A stretch of 37,128 nt of DNA from IMG/VR virus record IMGVR_UViG_3300023284_002577, positions 1 through 37,128 of that record, one strand, 5' to 3'. Within the stretch, counting starts at the first letter, position 1; every line of letters begins with the position of its first letter. Under the pieces are notes generated by a model, which saw only the letters and a list, made by a program, of their open reading frames with translations, did no database searches and was not told where the DNA came from. The translations under genes and the position numbers were made by a program. The stretch comes from a virus. Positions 17,779-26,211 of this stretch are shown in pieces.

Positions 17779-18150
17779 ATGAGCCTCAATAATAGACCTT
17801 TTAAAGTACTGCGCGATGACGAAGGCCAATTAGCCTATGGGATTTATACTCAAAATGCCCGCACGTATGCCAATGATTTTGCGGGAGGGGAAACCTTAAG
17901 TATCCCGATAGGAGTGGATGATGGGTTTGCACTTTTCTTACCAACCCCCGGGGCTAATTTCATTATCTCCGACGAAACTCCTATTCCCGCTTTCCCAGCG
18001 ATTGCCACGGACAATCCAATGCAGGAAACTAATTTAATCATTAATCCTGCCTTAATTGATTTAACCACCTGGTTTACCAATGGAAAAACAACTTTATTTA
18101 TTAAATCAGATGTGGCTCAACAACTTGTCGTTATGGTGTATGCAAAATGA
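17779..18150 (+). CDS. Hypothetical tail-module protein (MSLN N-terminus)
   Basis: 123-aa ORF starting MSLN, as do 18931 and 19370. Confidence 0.6.
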   Translation: MSLNNRPFKVLRDDEGQLAYGIYTQNARTYANDFAGGETLSIPIGVDDGFALFLPTPGANFIISDETPIPAFPAIATDNPMQETNLIINPALIDLTTWFTNGKTTLFIKSDVAQQLVVMVYAK

Positions 18151-18320
18151 ATGGAAATGGGCTTTATCGGTTAAATATTTTTTCTGCTAGCGGTAGCTTG
18201 TTTACCGCTCATTCCACGTACGGACAGCCTGATCCTGGAGGACCCGTGGAAATAGAAGACAATACTGATGGCGCTATCATGGTAGATAATGATGGAGCAA
18301 TTATCCAAGATAATGTGTAA
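18147..18320 (+). CDS. Small hypothetical protein (57 aa), absent from the ORF track
   Basis: ATGA overlap with the upstream stop. Translation MNGNGLYRLNIFSASGSLFTAHSTYGQPDPGGPVEIEDNTDGAIMVDNDGAIIQDNV fills an otherwise empty 180-nt gap. Confidence 0.5.
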   Translation: MNGNGLYRLNIFSASGSLFTAHSTYGQPDPGGPVEIEDNTDGAIMVDNDGAIIQDNV

Positions 18321-18332
18321 GGAGAAAATAAA

Positions 18333-18926
18333 ATGCTAACACGTAAATTAAATGAATTACCTGATGGAATTAGAGTGGGGGGCGATCAAAACCAATCGGG
18401 GGCAGTCAGTAAAGTAGATTGTTTAGGGGTTTCTACGATTAAAAACTGTATAGATCCTACCGCTCTGGGAGATCCTATTACATTAAATTTTTACAACCAG
18501 ATAATAATTCCTCAATTAATCCCAATACCCGTTGAATGGAATATAAGGGTGGTGCCCAGCACTCCCTTTTCTATCTTTTTTGAGCTTCCTACAGCATTTT
18601 TTATGGATATGGTGGTGGAGAGCAATGGGCTTATAAGCGCCACTATTACTTCAGGGCCTAACAATAATTTAAGCTGGACGATCAATGCTAATATTGGCGG
18701 CATAAAAAAAGACATTTCTTTGAACAATCAAACGTGGAATCCAACGAGCACTCTCCATTTCACCGAGAATGGCACTGCGAGTCTCGCTCAATTTGCTGTT
18801 ACCGCAGATGGGGATGAAATTGATATACGCGCTACTACGACCACAGGCCCCGCTTTAGTTTTTCATTTCAACCTGACTCGTCGAAACGGTTCATTTATCA
18901 TCGACGCTTATTATAAAGAAGGATAA
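18333..18926 (+). CDS. Hypothetical tail-module protein, paralogue of 18931..19356
   Basis: The C-terminal 80 aa (LSWTINANIGGIKK...FAVTADGDEIDIR...NGSFIIDAYY) align with LNWRIKGNIDGVSK...FAVANDGDEVEIK...NGNFIFDVSH. Confidence 0.7.
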   Translation: MLTRKLNELPDGIRVGGDQNQSGAVSKVDCLGVSTIKNCIDPTALGDPITLNFYNQIIIPQLIPIPVEWNIRVVPSTPFSIFFELPTAFFMDMVVESNGLISATITSGPNNNLSWTINANIGGIKKDISLNNQTWNPTSTLHFTENGTASLAQFAVTADGDEIDIRATTTTGPALVFHFNLTRRNGSFIIDAYYKEG

Positions 18927-18930
18927 AATT

Positions 18931-19356
18931 ATGAGTTTAAATTTTGGTGTAAAATCAAATCTTAATCCTATCGTGAGATTTCCCAACATTGTGACAAGTC
19001 TACCCTATGTCATTATGACGGACGTGGGTGACATCACTTTCACTATGCAGGCTAATGGCATCATAGAGATGGATAATAATGGGGTGGGCACGCGCATTTT
19101 GAATTGGCGCATTAAGGGGAATATCGATGGCGTTTCTAAAAGAGTGTATGTAGAAGGGGAGGCTCTAAATCCGGTTGTGCTTCTCTATTTAAGTGAAAAT
19201 GGTAATAACAGCACCGATGAATTCGCAGTGGCCAATGATGGGGATGAAGTTGAAATAAAGATATACGAGCAAAATGTGGCTCTGATCGCCTTTCAAATTG
19301 ATGTTGTTTTATTAAATGGAAATTTCATTTTTGATGTTTCTCATTTTCCTAATTAA
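18931..19356 (+). CDS. Hypothetical tail-module protein, paralogue of 18333..18926
   Basis: See the previous entry. It starts with TTATGAGTTTAAAT, as does 19370. Confidence 0.7.
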   Translation: MSLNFGVKSNLNPIVRFPNIVTSLPYVIMTDVGDITFTMQANGIIEMDNNGVGTRILNWRIKGNIDGVSKRVYVEGEALNPVVLLYLSENGNNSTDEFAVANDGDEVEIKIYEQNVALIAFQIDVVLLNGNFIFDVSHFPN

Positions 19357-19369
19357 ATAAGGAATCATT

Positions 19370-19894
19370 ATGAGTTTAAATAAAATTGTAGCCTATAACA
19401 CGGCTTCTCAGTTGGTACCGGTCACCATAGCGGTTGCCCATATTGATGATCCAGCTACGCGCGGCACAAATATATTTCTGTATAAAGATACATGCATGGA
19501 ATTACAGTGGAATGTAACCGAAGATGCGCAACGCTGGTTTAAAATAAATGCCCTGCTAGAGGGTGAATTTACTTTTCATGCGATTTTAGAAAGAACGGGT
19601 GGGAATGTGAGATATGATTCCGATGTTGCTGTGGCGACCCCTGTACCCACTTCTTATTGGCTTATAGATAATACAACGCCTGCATCGAGCGCACCAGGGG
19701 CGGCCGGTGTTTTTCAGGATGAAGATAGCAATTCCCTTTCAATTGAGATGACTTACACACCTGACAGTGGAAAACCTTGTAATTACAGCTTTTCGATAGC
19801 GGCTTATCTTAATTCTAATGCCCCTACGGGTCTTAAGGAAAACTTATCATTAATAGTTCCTACATTTTTTGGATCAAATATCGCACCAGCATGA
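19370..19894 (+). CDS. Hypothetical tail-module protein (MSLN N-terminus)
   Basis: 174-aa ORF. Its start context TTATGAGTTTAAAT is identical to that of 18931. Confidence 0.65.
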   Translation: MSLNKIVAYNTASQLVPVTIAVAHIDDPATRGTNIFLYKDTCMELQWNVTEDAQRWFKINALLEGEFTFHAILERTGGNVRYDSDVAVATPVPTSYWLIDNTTPASSAPGAAGVFQDEDSNSLSIEMTYTPDSGKPCNYSFSIAAYLNSNAPTGLKENLSLIVPTFFGSNIAPA

Positions 19895-20238
19895 AAATAT
19901 TACCTATACTTATACTTTCTATCCTGCTCACGAGCTGCGGAACCATAGGTTCCATGTTGGCCAAGCACGCTTTAGGCTCCTCTGATAAAGGAGTCTCGGT
20001 CGATGCTCAAATAGGTCATCGCCAAAATCAATTGGGCGATCAAATGAAGTTTGATGATAATAGTGGTAAACTAGCCGGAGATGATTATCACGAAATTAAT
20101 GATGCGCAACATGTGACCATCACCAATACGCCTTGGTGGATTAAAGTATTCTTGCTGGTTGGATGGCCGCTGGCTGGCGTCGTTGGCTTTTTTAGATGGC
20201 GAGAGAAAAAGCCTAAAAACCCAATAAGTTCCATGTAG
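19891..20238 (+). CDS. Lipoprotein with C-terminal TM helix (unimolecular-spanin-like or exclusion lipoprotein)
   Basis: Signal peptide MKILPILILSILLTSC with lipobox L-T-S-C. C-terminal hydrophobic WWIKVFLLVGWPLAGVVGFF followed by basic residues. Confidence 0.55.
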   Translation: MKILPILILSILLTSCGTIGSMLAKHALGSSDKGVSVDAQIGHRQNQLGDQMKFDDNSGKLAGDDYHEINDAQHVTITNTPWWIKVFLLVGWPLAGVVGFFRWREKKPKNPISSM

Positions 20239-20247
20239 AACCTTTAT

Positions 20248-20640
20248 ATGCCTCAATCCAGACCTGAATTTCTCTTTGAGCTGGTTTTAAAATCTTATCG
20301 TATTACCTACGAAAAAGAATATTTCTTTGATCTTGAGCGTAAGAGCCGGGCTGATTTCGCTATCCTAGATAAGAAGATATTAATTGAGATTGAGGGGGGC
20401 TCAGAAATGAAGCTCACCACCAAGAGTGGCCACATCATTCGAGGAGGGCGTCATAATTGGGGGGAAGGTTATCGAAATGATTGTGAGAAATACAATAGAG
20501 CAGCTTTTCAAGGCTGGAAACTCTACCGTATCCCTTCTCAGTGGATCACTGAAAATTCTCGTGGAGGGAAACTTAATATTAAGCTTCATGCTGATGCTCA
20601 GAAAGTCATTGATTATCTAAAATCCTGCCTTACTTGTTAA
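20248..20640 (+). CDS. PD-(D/E)XK / DUF559 (Vsr-like) endonuclease-fold protein
   Basis: RADFAILDKKILIEIEGG (D...E.E core), then H..G.GYRND..K...A..GWKLYRI, resembling DUF559-type nucleases. Confidence 0.45.
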   Translation: MPQSRPEFLFELVLKSYRITYEKEYFFDLERKSRADFAILDKKILIEIEGGSEMKLTTKSGHIIRGGRHNWGEGYRNDCEKYNRAAFQGWKLYRIPSQWITENSRGGKLNIKLHADAQKVIDYLKSCLTC

Positions 20641-20973
20641 TGGGTGTCCTAGCCGTTTAGCGAGTTCTTCTCTCTCTTTTATATCTTCTTCTATACACTT
20701 ACATGAATTATTTTGAATAACCATAATCATCTCCTCCTCCGACGTATACGCGCTCACAGGCGAACAAATTCGGATATCATCAAAACCACATTCGTTACAT
20801 TTAACCTCAAAGATAGCTTTATTTTCAGTGGTCTTTATATGTTTTATATTCAATCTTAGGCGGCTCTTCCAATCTGTATACGCATCCATATCCACCCCAA
20901 GAAATTTTGCGGGCGTTAATATATTTTTTATTTCTTTTATGTCATCTCGTAATTTTTCTATTTCATTTTTCAT
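20617..20973 (-). CDS. Hypothetical protein with CxxC...CxC motif
   Basis: 118-aa ORF whose 3' end overlaps the convergent gene 20248..20640 by 24 nt. Contains KCNECG...SCKC. Confidence 0.6.
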   Translation of the reverse strand: MKNEIEKLRDDIKEIKNILTPAKFLGVDMDAYTDWKSRLRLNIKHIKTTENKAIFEVKCNECGFDDIRICSPVSAYTSEEEMIMVIQNNSCKCIEEDIKEREELAKRLGHPLTSKAGF

Positions 20974-21160
20974 CTAAAGCATCCTTAAATTCAATCATTT
21001 CATATTGCTCATCGGTGCGTCCCCAATCATACGCCAGTTCCATACAATCCATAACAAATTTTTGTTCTATTTCGACTTCGCCTATCGTCATAGTATTTGT
21101 AAAAGCGACTATAAATTTTCTGCCTTTAAATTCCATCTCTAGTTCAATTTCATTTTTCAT
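20963..21160 (-). CDS. Hypothetical protein
   Basis: 65-aa ORF. It shares the MKNEIE N-terminus with the downstream gene and overlaps both neighbours by 11 nt. Confidence 0.55.
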   Translation of the reverse strand: MKNEIELEMEFKGRKFIVAFTNTMTIGEVEIEQKFVMDCMELAYDWGRTDEQYEMIEFKDALDEK

Positions 21161-21524
21161 TCATTAAATCCTTTTCTGCATTAGCTATTTCATACCCCTT
21201 TTCCATCGCCTCTCTTACCTGAGGAAAGTTTAAACACTTATCTACTTCAAATGCATAACTACGGTTTTTAAAAAAGAAAGAGAGGAATTTTGTTTCTTTT
21301 TCATCACAACTACATTCTTTGGTAAATGTATATTGAAGAGAGCTTAGTAGGTTCATAACAGTATCCTTTTCCATAAGTTGTATCCCTACCTCAAATGGTT
21401 CACTACATTTCTTACAGGCTAAATTAACTTTTAATGTATATATTTGTTCAATCCCGTACGGATAAGGTTGCTTTTTCTCCATTTCCACTTTTTTAATTTC
21501 CCAATTTGGGGATATATCATACAT
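21150..21524 (-). CDS. Hypothetical Cys-containing protein
   Basis: 124-aa ORF in the tightly coupled early block; CKKC...CSC. Confidence 0.6.
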   Translation of the reverse strand: MYDISPNWEIKKVEMEKKQPYPYGIEQIYTLKVNLACKKCSEPFEVGIQLMEKDTVMNLLSSLQYTFTKECSCDEKETKFLSFFFKNRSYAFEVDKCLNFPQVREAMEKGYEIANAEKDLMNEK

Positions 21525-21903
21525 CTTCCATCATCTCCAACTTTCGTGCCCCTTCCAAAGTTTTTTTAAACAAATATTGAATCAAATAGGCTCCGATTTC
21601 TTCGCTATTGTCATCTATCTTAAATCCAAAGAATTCTTGAAAATCCTGCAATAGATGATAGCATTCATGGACCAGAACTGGCATCGATAATTTTCCTCTT
21701 ATCAGTAAAAATGACCCCTCCGTTGGATCCCTATATACATACGCTCCCAGGGGGTCCTCGGAGATGTCGATTGCCCCCACCACATAGAGTCGATAAGGAA
21801 AGATGGGTATTATAAATTTTACTCCTTTTATTATTTTATCATCCCTTGGAGGAGGTATATTTTTTTGTAAAAAATCTATCTGACTTTTAATTAGTAATTT
21901 CAT
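21517..21903 (-). CDS. Putative zinc metallopeptidase-like protein (HExxH)
   Basis: VLVHECYHLLQD contains an HExxH motif. 128 aa. Confidence 0.4.
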   Translation of the reverse strand: MKLLIKSQIDFLQKNIPPPRDDKIIKGVKFIIPIFPYRLYVVGAIDISEDPLGAYVYRDPTEGSFLLIRGKLSMPVLVHECYHLLQDFQEFFGFKIDDNSEEIGAYLIQYLFKKTLEGARKLEMMEDV

Positions 21904-22108
21904 CTTCCTTCAACCTCTCCAATTGCAGTCTTACTCGATGAATCGTATCATCACCTGCTTCTTTTCCTATTTGATACCCGGTTTTGTAACCTTCTATAAC
22001 AGCTAAGCTAATAGCCTCTATTAAAATAGCATCCAAATTTAAGGGCTTCTTTTTAGAGACGCGCAAAAACTTCATCAGCCATCTTTTTAAATAAAGTATT
22101 ATTCTCAA
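21887..22108 (-). CDS. Hypothetical protein
   Basis: 73-aa ORF containing IEGYKTGYQIGKEAG, a motif related to the GY..G family on the plus strand. Confidence 0.55.
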   Translation of the reverse strand: MRIILYLKRWLMKFLRVSKKKPLNLDAILIEAISLAVIEGYKTGYQIGKEAGDDTIHRVRLQLERLKEDEITN

Positions 22109-22374
22109 GCGGACACCTCTATGATGCCCGAAAACGCTTTTTCTATGCGATCGAGCTGTTTTTTCATCTCATCTATTTGGGTTTGAAGCATATGCGTTTT
22201 GGCTTCCGCCTCTTTATATCCTTGTTTAGCGGCTATTTTAAGACCTTCCTTTATCATGCCATTTTGGGTTTTAATGACAATATCCGAAGCTCCCAAAGAA
22301 CGCAGCAATTTATTTAGAGGCTTTACAATCAAGTTTTCAAGTTCTTGATAAACTTCATGTTGTTTTGTCATCAC
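22105..22374 (-). CDS. Hypothetical coiled-coil protein
   Basis: 89-aa ORF with an ATGA overlap. Confidence 0.6.
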   Translation of the reverse strand: MMTKQHEVYQELENLIVKPLNKLLRSLGASDIVIKTQNGMIKEGLKIAAKQGYKEAEAKTHMLQTQIDEMKKQLDRIEKAFSGIIEVSA

Positions 22375-22567
22375 AATTCCTACAGGGGTGTTTAAAAATT
22401 TCTTTCATCGCATTAATAAAATTAATTTCGCAATTAAAATGCAGGGCGGTGCTTTTTTTACATGCAATACATTCCAAATAAAGATGCGCTACACATTCGG
22501 CACTGGAAAGTCTTCCTTCTAGTGGGCAACTTATAATTTTCCATTTTTGGCATATATCAGTATACAT
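22355..22567 (-). CDS. Small Cys-rich zinc-ribbon-like protein
   Basis: Start moved to the ATG at 22567 (GGAGA RBS), because a 59-aa ORF occupies 22572..22751 in another frame. Motifs ECIACK and CRNC. Confidence 0.5.
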   Translation of the reverse strand: MYTDICQKWKIISCPLEGRLSSAECVAHLYLECIACKKSTALHFNCEINFINAMKEIFKHPCRNCDDKTT

Positions 22568-22571
22568 AGAG

Positions 22572-22751
22572 TCAATCTCCAAAGAATGTTTGAATCGGCT
22601 CTCCGACATTAGGCGGACACTCAGAAAATCTATGTGAATTATCGATATACTCCATAAGATCCGTAAACATTCCATCCGGTATTTCTACTTGTTCTTCAGT
22701 ATCTAACGCTATTTCTAGTTCTTTTAGTTTCTCTATCCATTCAGTTTTCAT
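22572..22751 (-). CDS. Small acidic hypothetical protein (59 aa), absent from the ORF track
   Basis: ATG at 22751, 3 nt after the HAD stop. Translation MKTEWIEKLKELEIALDTEEQVEIPDGMFTDLMEYIDNSHRFSECPPNVGEPIQTFFGD. Confidence 0.5.
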   Translation of the reverse strand: MKTEWIEKLKELEIALDTEEQVEIPDGMFTDLMEYIDNSHRFSECPPNVGEPIQTFFGD

Positions 22752-22754
22752 TTT

Positions 22755-23213
22755 TTACCCCTCAAAATTTGCTACTTGAAAACATGTATATCCTTCATCT
22801 CTCCACATCTTCACCACTTTATTTCTATCATCAAATATTCCCGCCACCCTATCTTTAGGAAATTCTTTTATCCAGTTCTTTTTAAGAATTTCATCGGGGG
22901 TGTTATCTCCTTTTTTCCTCATATAGAGACCTCCCCTAGGAATAATAAAATATTTCCGTAACCACTCTTCTGTCTCTTCTCTAACAGAGTCACATCGGCC
23001 TGAAAAAATAATACAGTCATATTCTTGGCTTAATATATTAAATAAACGTAGTACGTCTATATTAGGGGTATCATGAATGCATTCTTTATAAAAATTTTCC
23101 CAGTCATGATTTCCATCTTCAACGAAATGTCTTCGATGATTAATATTAGCTAAGGTTCCATCTAAATCAAAAATATATATTAGGTTTTTATCCATTTCCT
23201 TTTCAGTTTTCAT
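22755..23213 (-). CDS. HAD-family phosphatase, T4 polynucleotide kinase 3'-phosphatase-domain-like
   Basis: DxDGTL motif (IFDLDGTL) and C-terminal IFDDRNKVVKMWRDEGYTCFQV, matching the remembered T4 PseT C-terminus [20 protein letters not shown]. Start set at the ATG at 23213 (ATGA overlap). Confidence 0.75.
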   Translation of the reverse strand: MKTEKEMDKNLIYIFDLDGTLANINHRRHFVEDGNHDWENFYKECIHDTPNIDVLRLFNILSQEYDCIIFSGRCDSVREETEEWLRKYFIIPRGGLYMRKKGDNTPDEILKKNWIKEFPKDRVAGIFDDRNKVVKMWRDEGYTCFQVANFEG

Positions 23214-23554
23214 CTTTTCGCTCCATTTATTTTCTGTATTTCTGTCATGCAAATAGGGGAAAGAGATTCTTTTTTTCCATCCCATTTCTCTAATTCTTTC
23301 ATAAGATCATAAAAATCTGAAGGCACCCACTCGTATGTCTCTTTCACCTGAATGTTCACACATTCAACATTATCAGCATACTGATCCTTGGGAAATTCTT
23401 TCACACGCTGCATAGAAATCTTTAATTTTATCCAATAAAGTAATTCCTCACATTTAGAATCTTCCCATATTTCTTTTATTTCTATAAAATAAGTGCGCGG
23501 TTCATTAAGAACCTGGATAATTATTTGTGTGCCCTTTCTAGTTTGCATTTTCAT
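23210..23554 (-). CDS. Hypothetical protein; paralogue of 754..1095
   Basis: Shares PRTYFIEI... and LEKWDGKKESLS with the gene between terS and terL. Confidence 0.65.
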   Translation of the reverse strand: MKMQTRKGTQIIIQVLNEPRTYFIEIKEIWEDSKCEELLYWIKLKISMQRVKEFPKDQYADNVECVNIQVKETYEWVPSDFYDLMKELEKWDGKKESLSPICMTEIQKINGAKR

Positions 23555-24284
23555 TCTCCAACTTATCCATCAAAAAGTCTTCTGTGTTTTCAAAAGTTCG
23601 CGTTCCAGCTGCGGGGTCTGATTCGGTATTATCTATCTCCAGAGCTTTTCCATAAATAGCACTTTTACGAATATATTTGGCTAGCTTTTTAATGACTGTT
23701 TTAATAGCCATTTGCTCATACCACTTTCCCCAAAACCTATCCGTTTTAGCTAACGATTTTATTTTATCTATTTCATCTTTTGTCATCACTTCAAATTGTG
23801 ATTGTCCATTTTTATAGCGCAAAATTGCATATACGTGCGTTATAGGAGCGCCTTTGATAAATGCTGGGATATGAACTATCGTAGATTCACTGCCATAGGC
23901 CACTTTAAATTCATCACCTTCACGCACAATTCTGGGCTCAATTAAAGCTATCTCCTCATCACGTAATAACAATTCCATCAAACCTTGATAGCCAATCAAT
24001 AAAGAAGCTTCTTTGCCATAGGGTACCAAATAAATATGTCCAAAAGTGGTGGAAGGCATAAGCCCCAATGACGCACTTTCAATCAAACAACGCGCTAACG
24101 AGGTAACTTCACAAGAAGCTACCATGCTATTCTTCTTTAAATAAAAGAAAAAAGAAGTGATGAACTTCTGAGGAAAATTCGTATCCATAGATGATGGAAT
24201 CACGCTCTTTATCTTTTCTAAAAATCCCGCTCCTTTTAAGTCATTTAAAGTTTTTACCGTCATTTCGCTTTTAGTCTCTAACAT
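23538..24284 (-). CDS. recT: RecT-family single-strand annealing protein
   Basis: 248 aa with the typical RecT core (LIGYQGLMELLLR...IVREGDEF...VYAILRYKNG...VMTKDEIDKI...W...MAIKTVIKKLAKY). Confidence 0.88.
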   Translation of the reverse strand: MLETKSEMTVKTLNDLKGAGFLEKIKSVIPSSMDTNFPQKFITSFFFYLKKNSMVASCEVTSLARCLIESASLGLMPSTTFGHIYLVPYGKEASLLIGYQGLMELLLRDEEIALIEPRIVREGDEFKVAYGSESTIVHIPAFIKGAPITHVYAILRYKNGQSQFEVMTKDEIDKIKSLAKTDRFWGKWYEQMAIKTVIKKLAKYIRKSAIYGKALEIDNTESDPAAGTRTFENTEDFLMDKLENENAN

Positions 24285-24295
24285 GGTTCGGTCTC

Positions 24296-24625
24296 CTATT
24301 TAAAATAAAAATCTATCTTTTTAAGTAAATACTTTTCTATTTCATATTTATTCAAGAAGTTTTTATTTAATTTGTTTTTTATTTTACAACAAACTTCTGC
24401 TTTTTCCGTACTTAATTTTTCCTGCATTTTTTTTATTTTTGTTATATTCTTCTCAGTTTCTGCATCTTGTAATTCTCTTTTATGGTCGGTTATCCACCAG
24501 CAATCTAAGTATTGTGATATTAACTCATCAATTACTCTTTCAGCCATTAAAAGCTGTATAATTGAATCGCCTTCCCCTTTTTTTAATACTCCTCGTTTAA
24601 AAGGATTTAATTTATTCCATCTCAT
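24296..24625 (-). CDS. Hypothetical protein
   Basis: 109-aa Lys-rich ORF between the recT and exonuclease modules. Confidence 0.55.
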   Translation of the reverse strand: MRWNKLNPFKRGVLKKGEGDSIIQLLMAERVIDELISQYLDCWWITDHKRELQDAETEKNITKIKKMQEKLSTEKAEVCCKIKNKLNKNFLNKYEIEKYLLKKIDFYFK

Positions 24626-24885
24626 TTTAACTTCTCCTTAATTTTCTTCCATTCCTCTTCAGTAATATAAAGTTTTTCTATATTAGAAAAATGTAAAGGG
24701 GAAGAGCTACTTGCGACTAATTCTATAGCATTTATCATTACTTTTATAATTTCTTTCAACTCGTGTATTTTTGGCTCTAAATCTACAGTTACTATATTAC
24801 TAATTACTTGAGAATGCGTCTTTACATAATGTAAACTTTCTTTTAATTCTTTGATTTCTTCTTTTAGCTTCTCTATTTTATTCAT
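24622..24885 (-). CDS. Hypothetical coiled-coil protein
   Basis: 87-aa ORF with ATGA overlaps on both sides. Confidence 0.6.
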   Translation of the reverse strand: MNKIEKLKEEIKELKESLHYVKTHSQVISNIVTVDLEPKIHELKEIIKVMINAIELVASSSSPLHFSNIEKLYITEEEWKKIKEKLK

Positions 24886-25760
24886 TTTATTAACAACCTC
24901 CTAAACTTAACTTCTTTCGAAAACTGATCATAAATGCCTTCTTTCTTAAGATACTCAGAATCTATGCGTTTCATTTTACCTTCCTTATAAGAAGCTAACA
25001 CATTTTCATTCTGATCGACAAGCACTTCATTTTCGCCCATGTACATTTTTAAATTCTCTTTGATGTCTTTTATACGCCGTTCATGATGTTTAATTTCTCG
25101 TAGTTCTTCATAAAGTTTATGTGTCTTTTCATCCACCACCACAGTTGATTGAGGTTTAACGCGGATATAATTTTCAATATCTTTTGAGCTTGTAGGAAGA
25201 GGGGGCTTTTTAGGAATGATGTGTTTTTCCCAAAACCTTATTGCACGCTCCATTAAAAGCTTTTCCATTTTTTCATTTCTGTGATAAGTAAAGAGTGCAA
25301 AATCATCATTAGTAAATAACACCGCTATATCCACTTTGTCTGGGTTAGTAATATAGGCATAATGAACTATTTGACATAGGTACTGAGGAGGAACCTGACA
25401 ACTTCCGATTTCTCCCCATGTATGGTTTTTTTTGGCACTTTTAGCTTCTACAGTTATTTTTTTATCGGTAGATTGGGCATCTAAATTACCTCTCAGGAAT
25501 TCATAATGAGGATGAATGACCTGTACATTTCTATCAAGCTCTAAGTTATTAACTGCTTCATAATGATCTAAAATTATCGGTTCTTTCCTTTTCCCCCAGG
25601 ACATACTTTCATTTTGAGGTTGCGGTACATAATTTTCAGGCTCGACAATTCTTTTATAAATATCAAGAGCCGATGTCCACCCCCCGGGAGAGCATCCCAC
25701 AATGGCTGCCATATCTGATCCACCGATCCCATGTCTTCTAAATTCATGAAAGTTTTGCAT
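24882..25760 (-). CDS. YqaJ-type (lambda-exonuclease-fold) recombination exonuclease
   Basis: GIGGSDMAAIVGCSP...WGKRKEPIILDHYE...LDAQ...VEAKSAK...VPPQYLCQIVHY matches the YqaJ viral recombinase domain. It pairs with recT. Confidence 0.88.
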   Translation of the reverse strand: MQNFHEFRRHGIGGSDMAAIVGCSPGGWTSALDIYKRIVEPENYVPQPQNESMSWGKRKEPIILDHYEAVNNLELDRNVQVIHPHYEFLRGNLDAQSTDKKITVEAKSAKKNHTWGEIGSCQVPPQYLCQIVHYAYITNPDKVDIAVLFTNDDFALFTYHRNEKMEKLLMERAIRFWEKHIIPKKPPLPTSSKDIENYIRVKPQSTVVVDEKTHKLYEELREIKHHERRIKDIKENLKMYMGENEVLVDQNENVLASYKEGKMKRIDSEYLKKEGIYDQFSKEVKFRRLLIK

Positions 25761-25855
25761 AATCTTTTCCTTTTTAATGTTTGTACCTTTAGTTTAGTCC
25801 TTTAATCAGGCTTTTCAATCAGCCTTTTGTGACAAGATTTGTAAGCTATCTCTCA

Positions 25856-26056
25856 TTACAAAACAATCCCTAAAAGCAATCCTAACAGCTGCATCAACCC
25901 TCCGATGATTAAATATCTGATTGACCATTTATGTAAATGAATATACTTTATTAGAAAGTCTTTATCAGCGGCTGATAATTTGTATGTTTTCATGTGAAGA
26001 GACACAGCATATAAAAAAACTAAACACCCAAAAATTATTAATATATTCCCTATCAT
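25856..26056 (-). CDS. Small membrane protein (2 TM)
   Basis: 66-aa hydrophobic ORF MIGNILIIFGCLVFLYAV...LIIGGLMQLLGLLLGIVL. Confidence 0.55.
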   Translation of the reverse strand: MIGNILIIFGCLVFLYAVSLHMKTYKLSAADKDFLIKYIHLHKWSIRYLIIGGLMQLLGLLLGIVL

Positions 26057-26211
26057 CTAAACCTTCCCCCAATAATTGTAATTAGAAAAACTATAATCAA
26101 AACAGGAATCACGGTTATGATGCCGGCTAGCAGAGCTGCTATCGATAATTTAATTAAAAAAACCATTATCTGGAAAATTGATAAATGGACTGCTGTTAAT
26201 ATAATGTTCAT
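26053..26211 (-). CDS. Small membrane protein (52 aa), absent from the ORF track
   Basis: ATGA overlaps at both ends. Translation MNIILTAVHLSIFQIMVFLIKLSIAALLAGIITVIPVLIIVFLITIIGGRFR. Confidence 0.5.
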   Translation of the reverse strand: MNIILTAVHLSIFQIMVFLIKLSIAALLAGIITVIPVLIIVFLITIIGGRFR

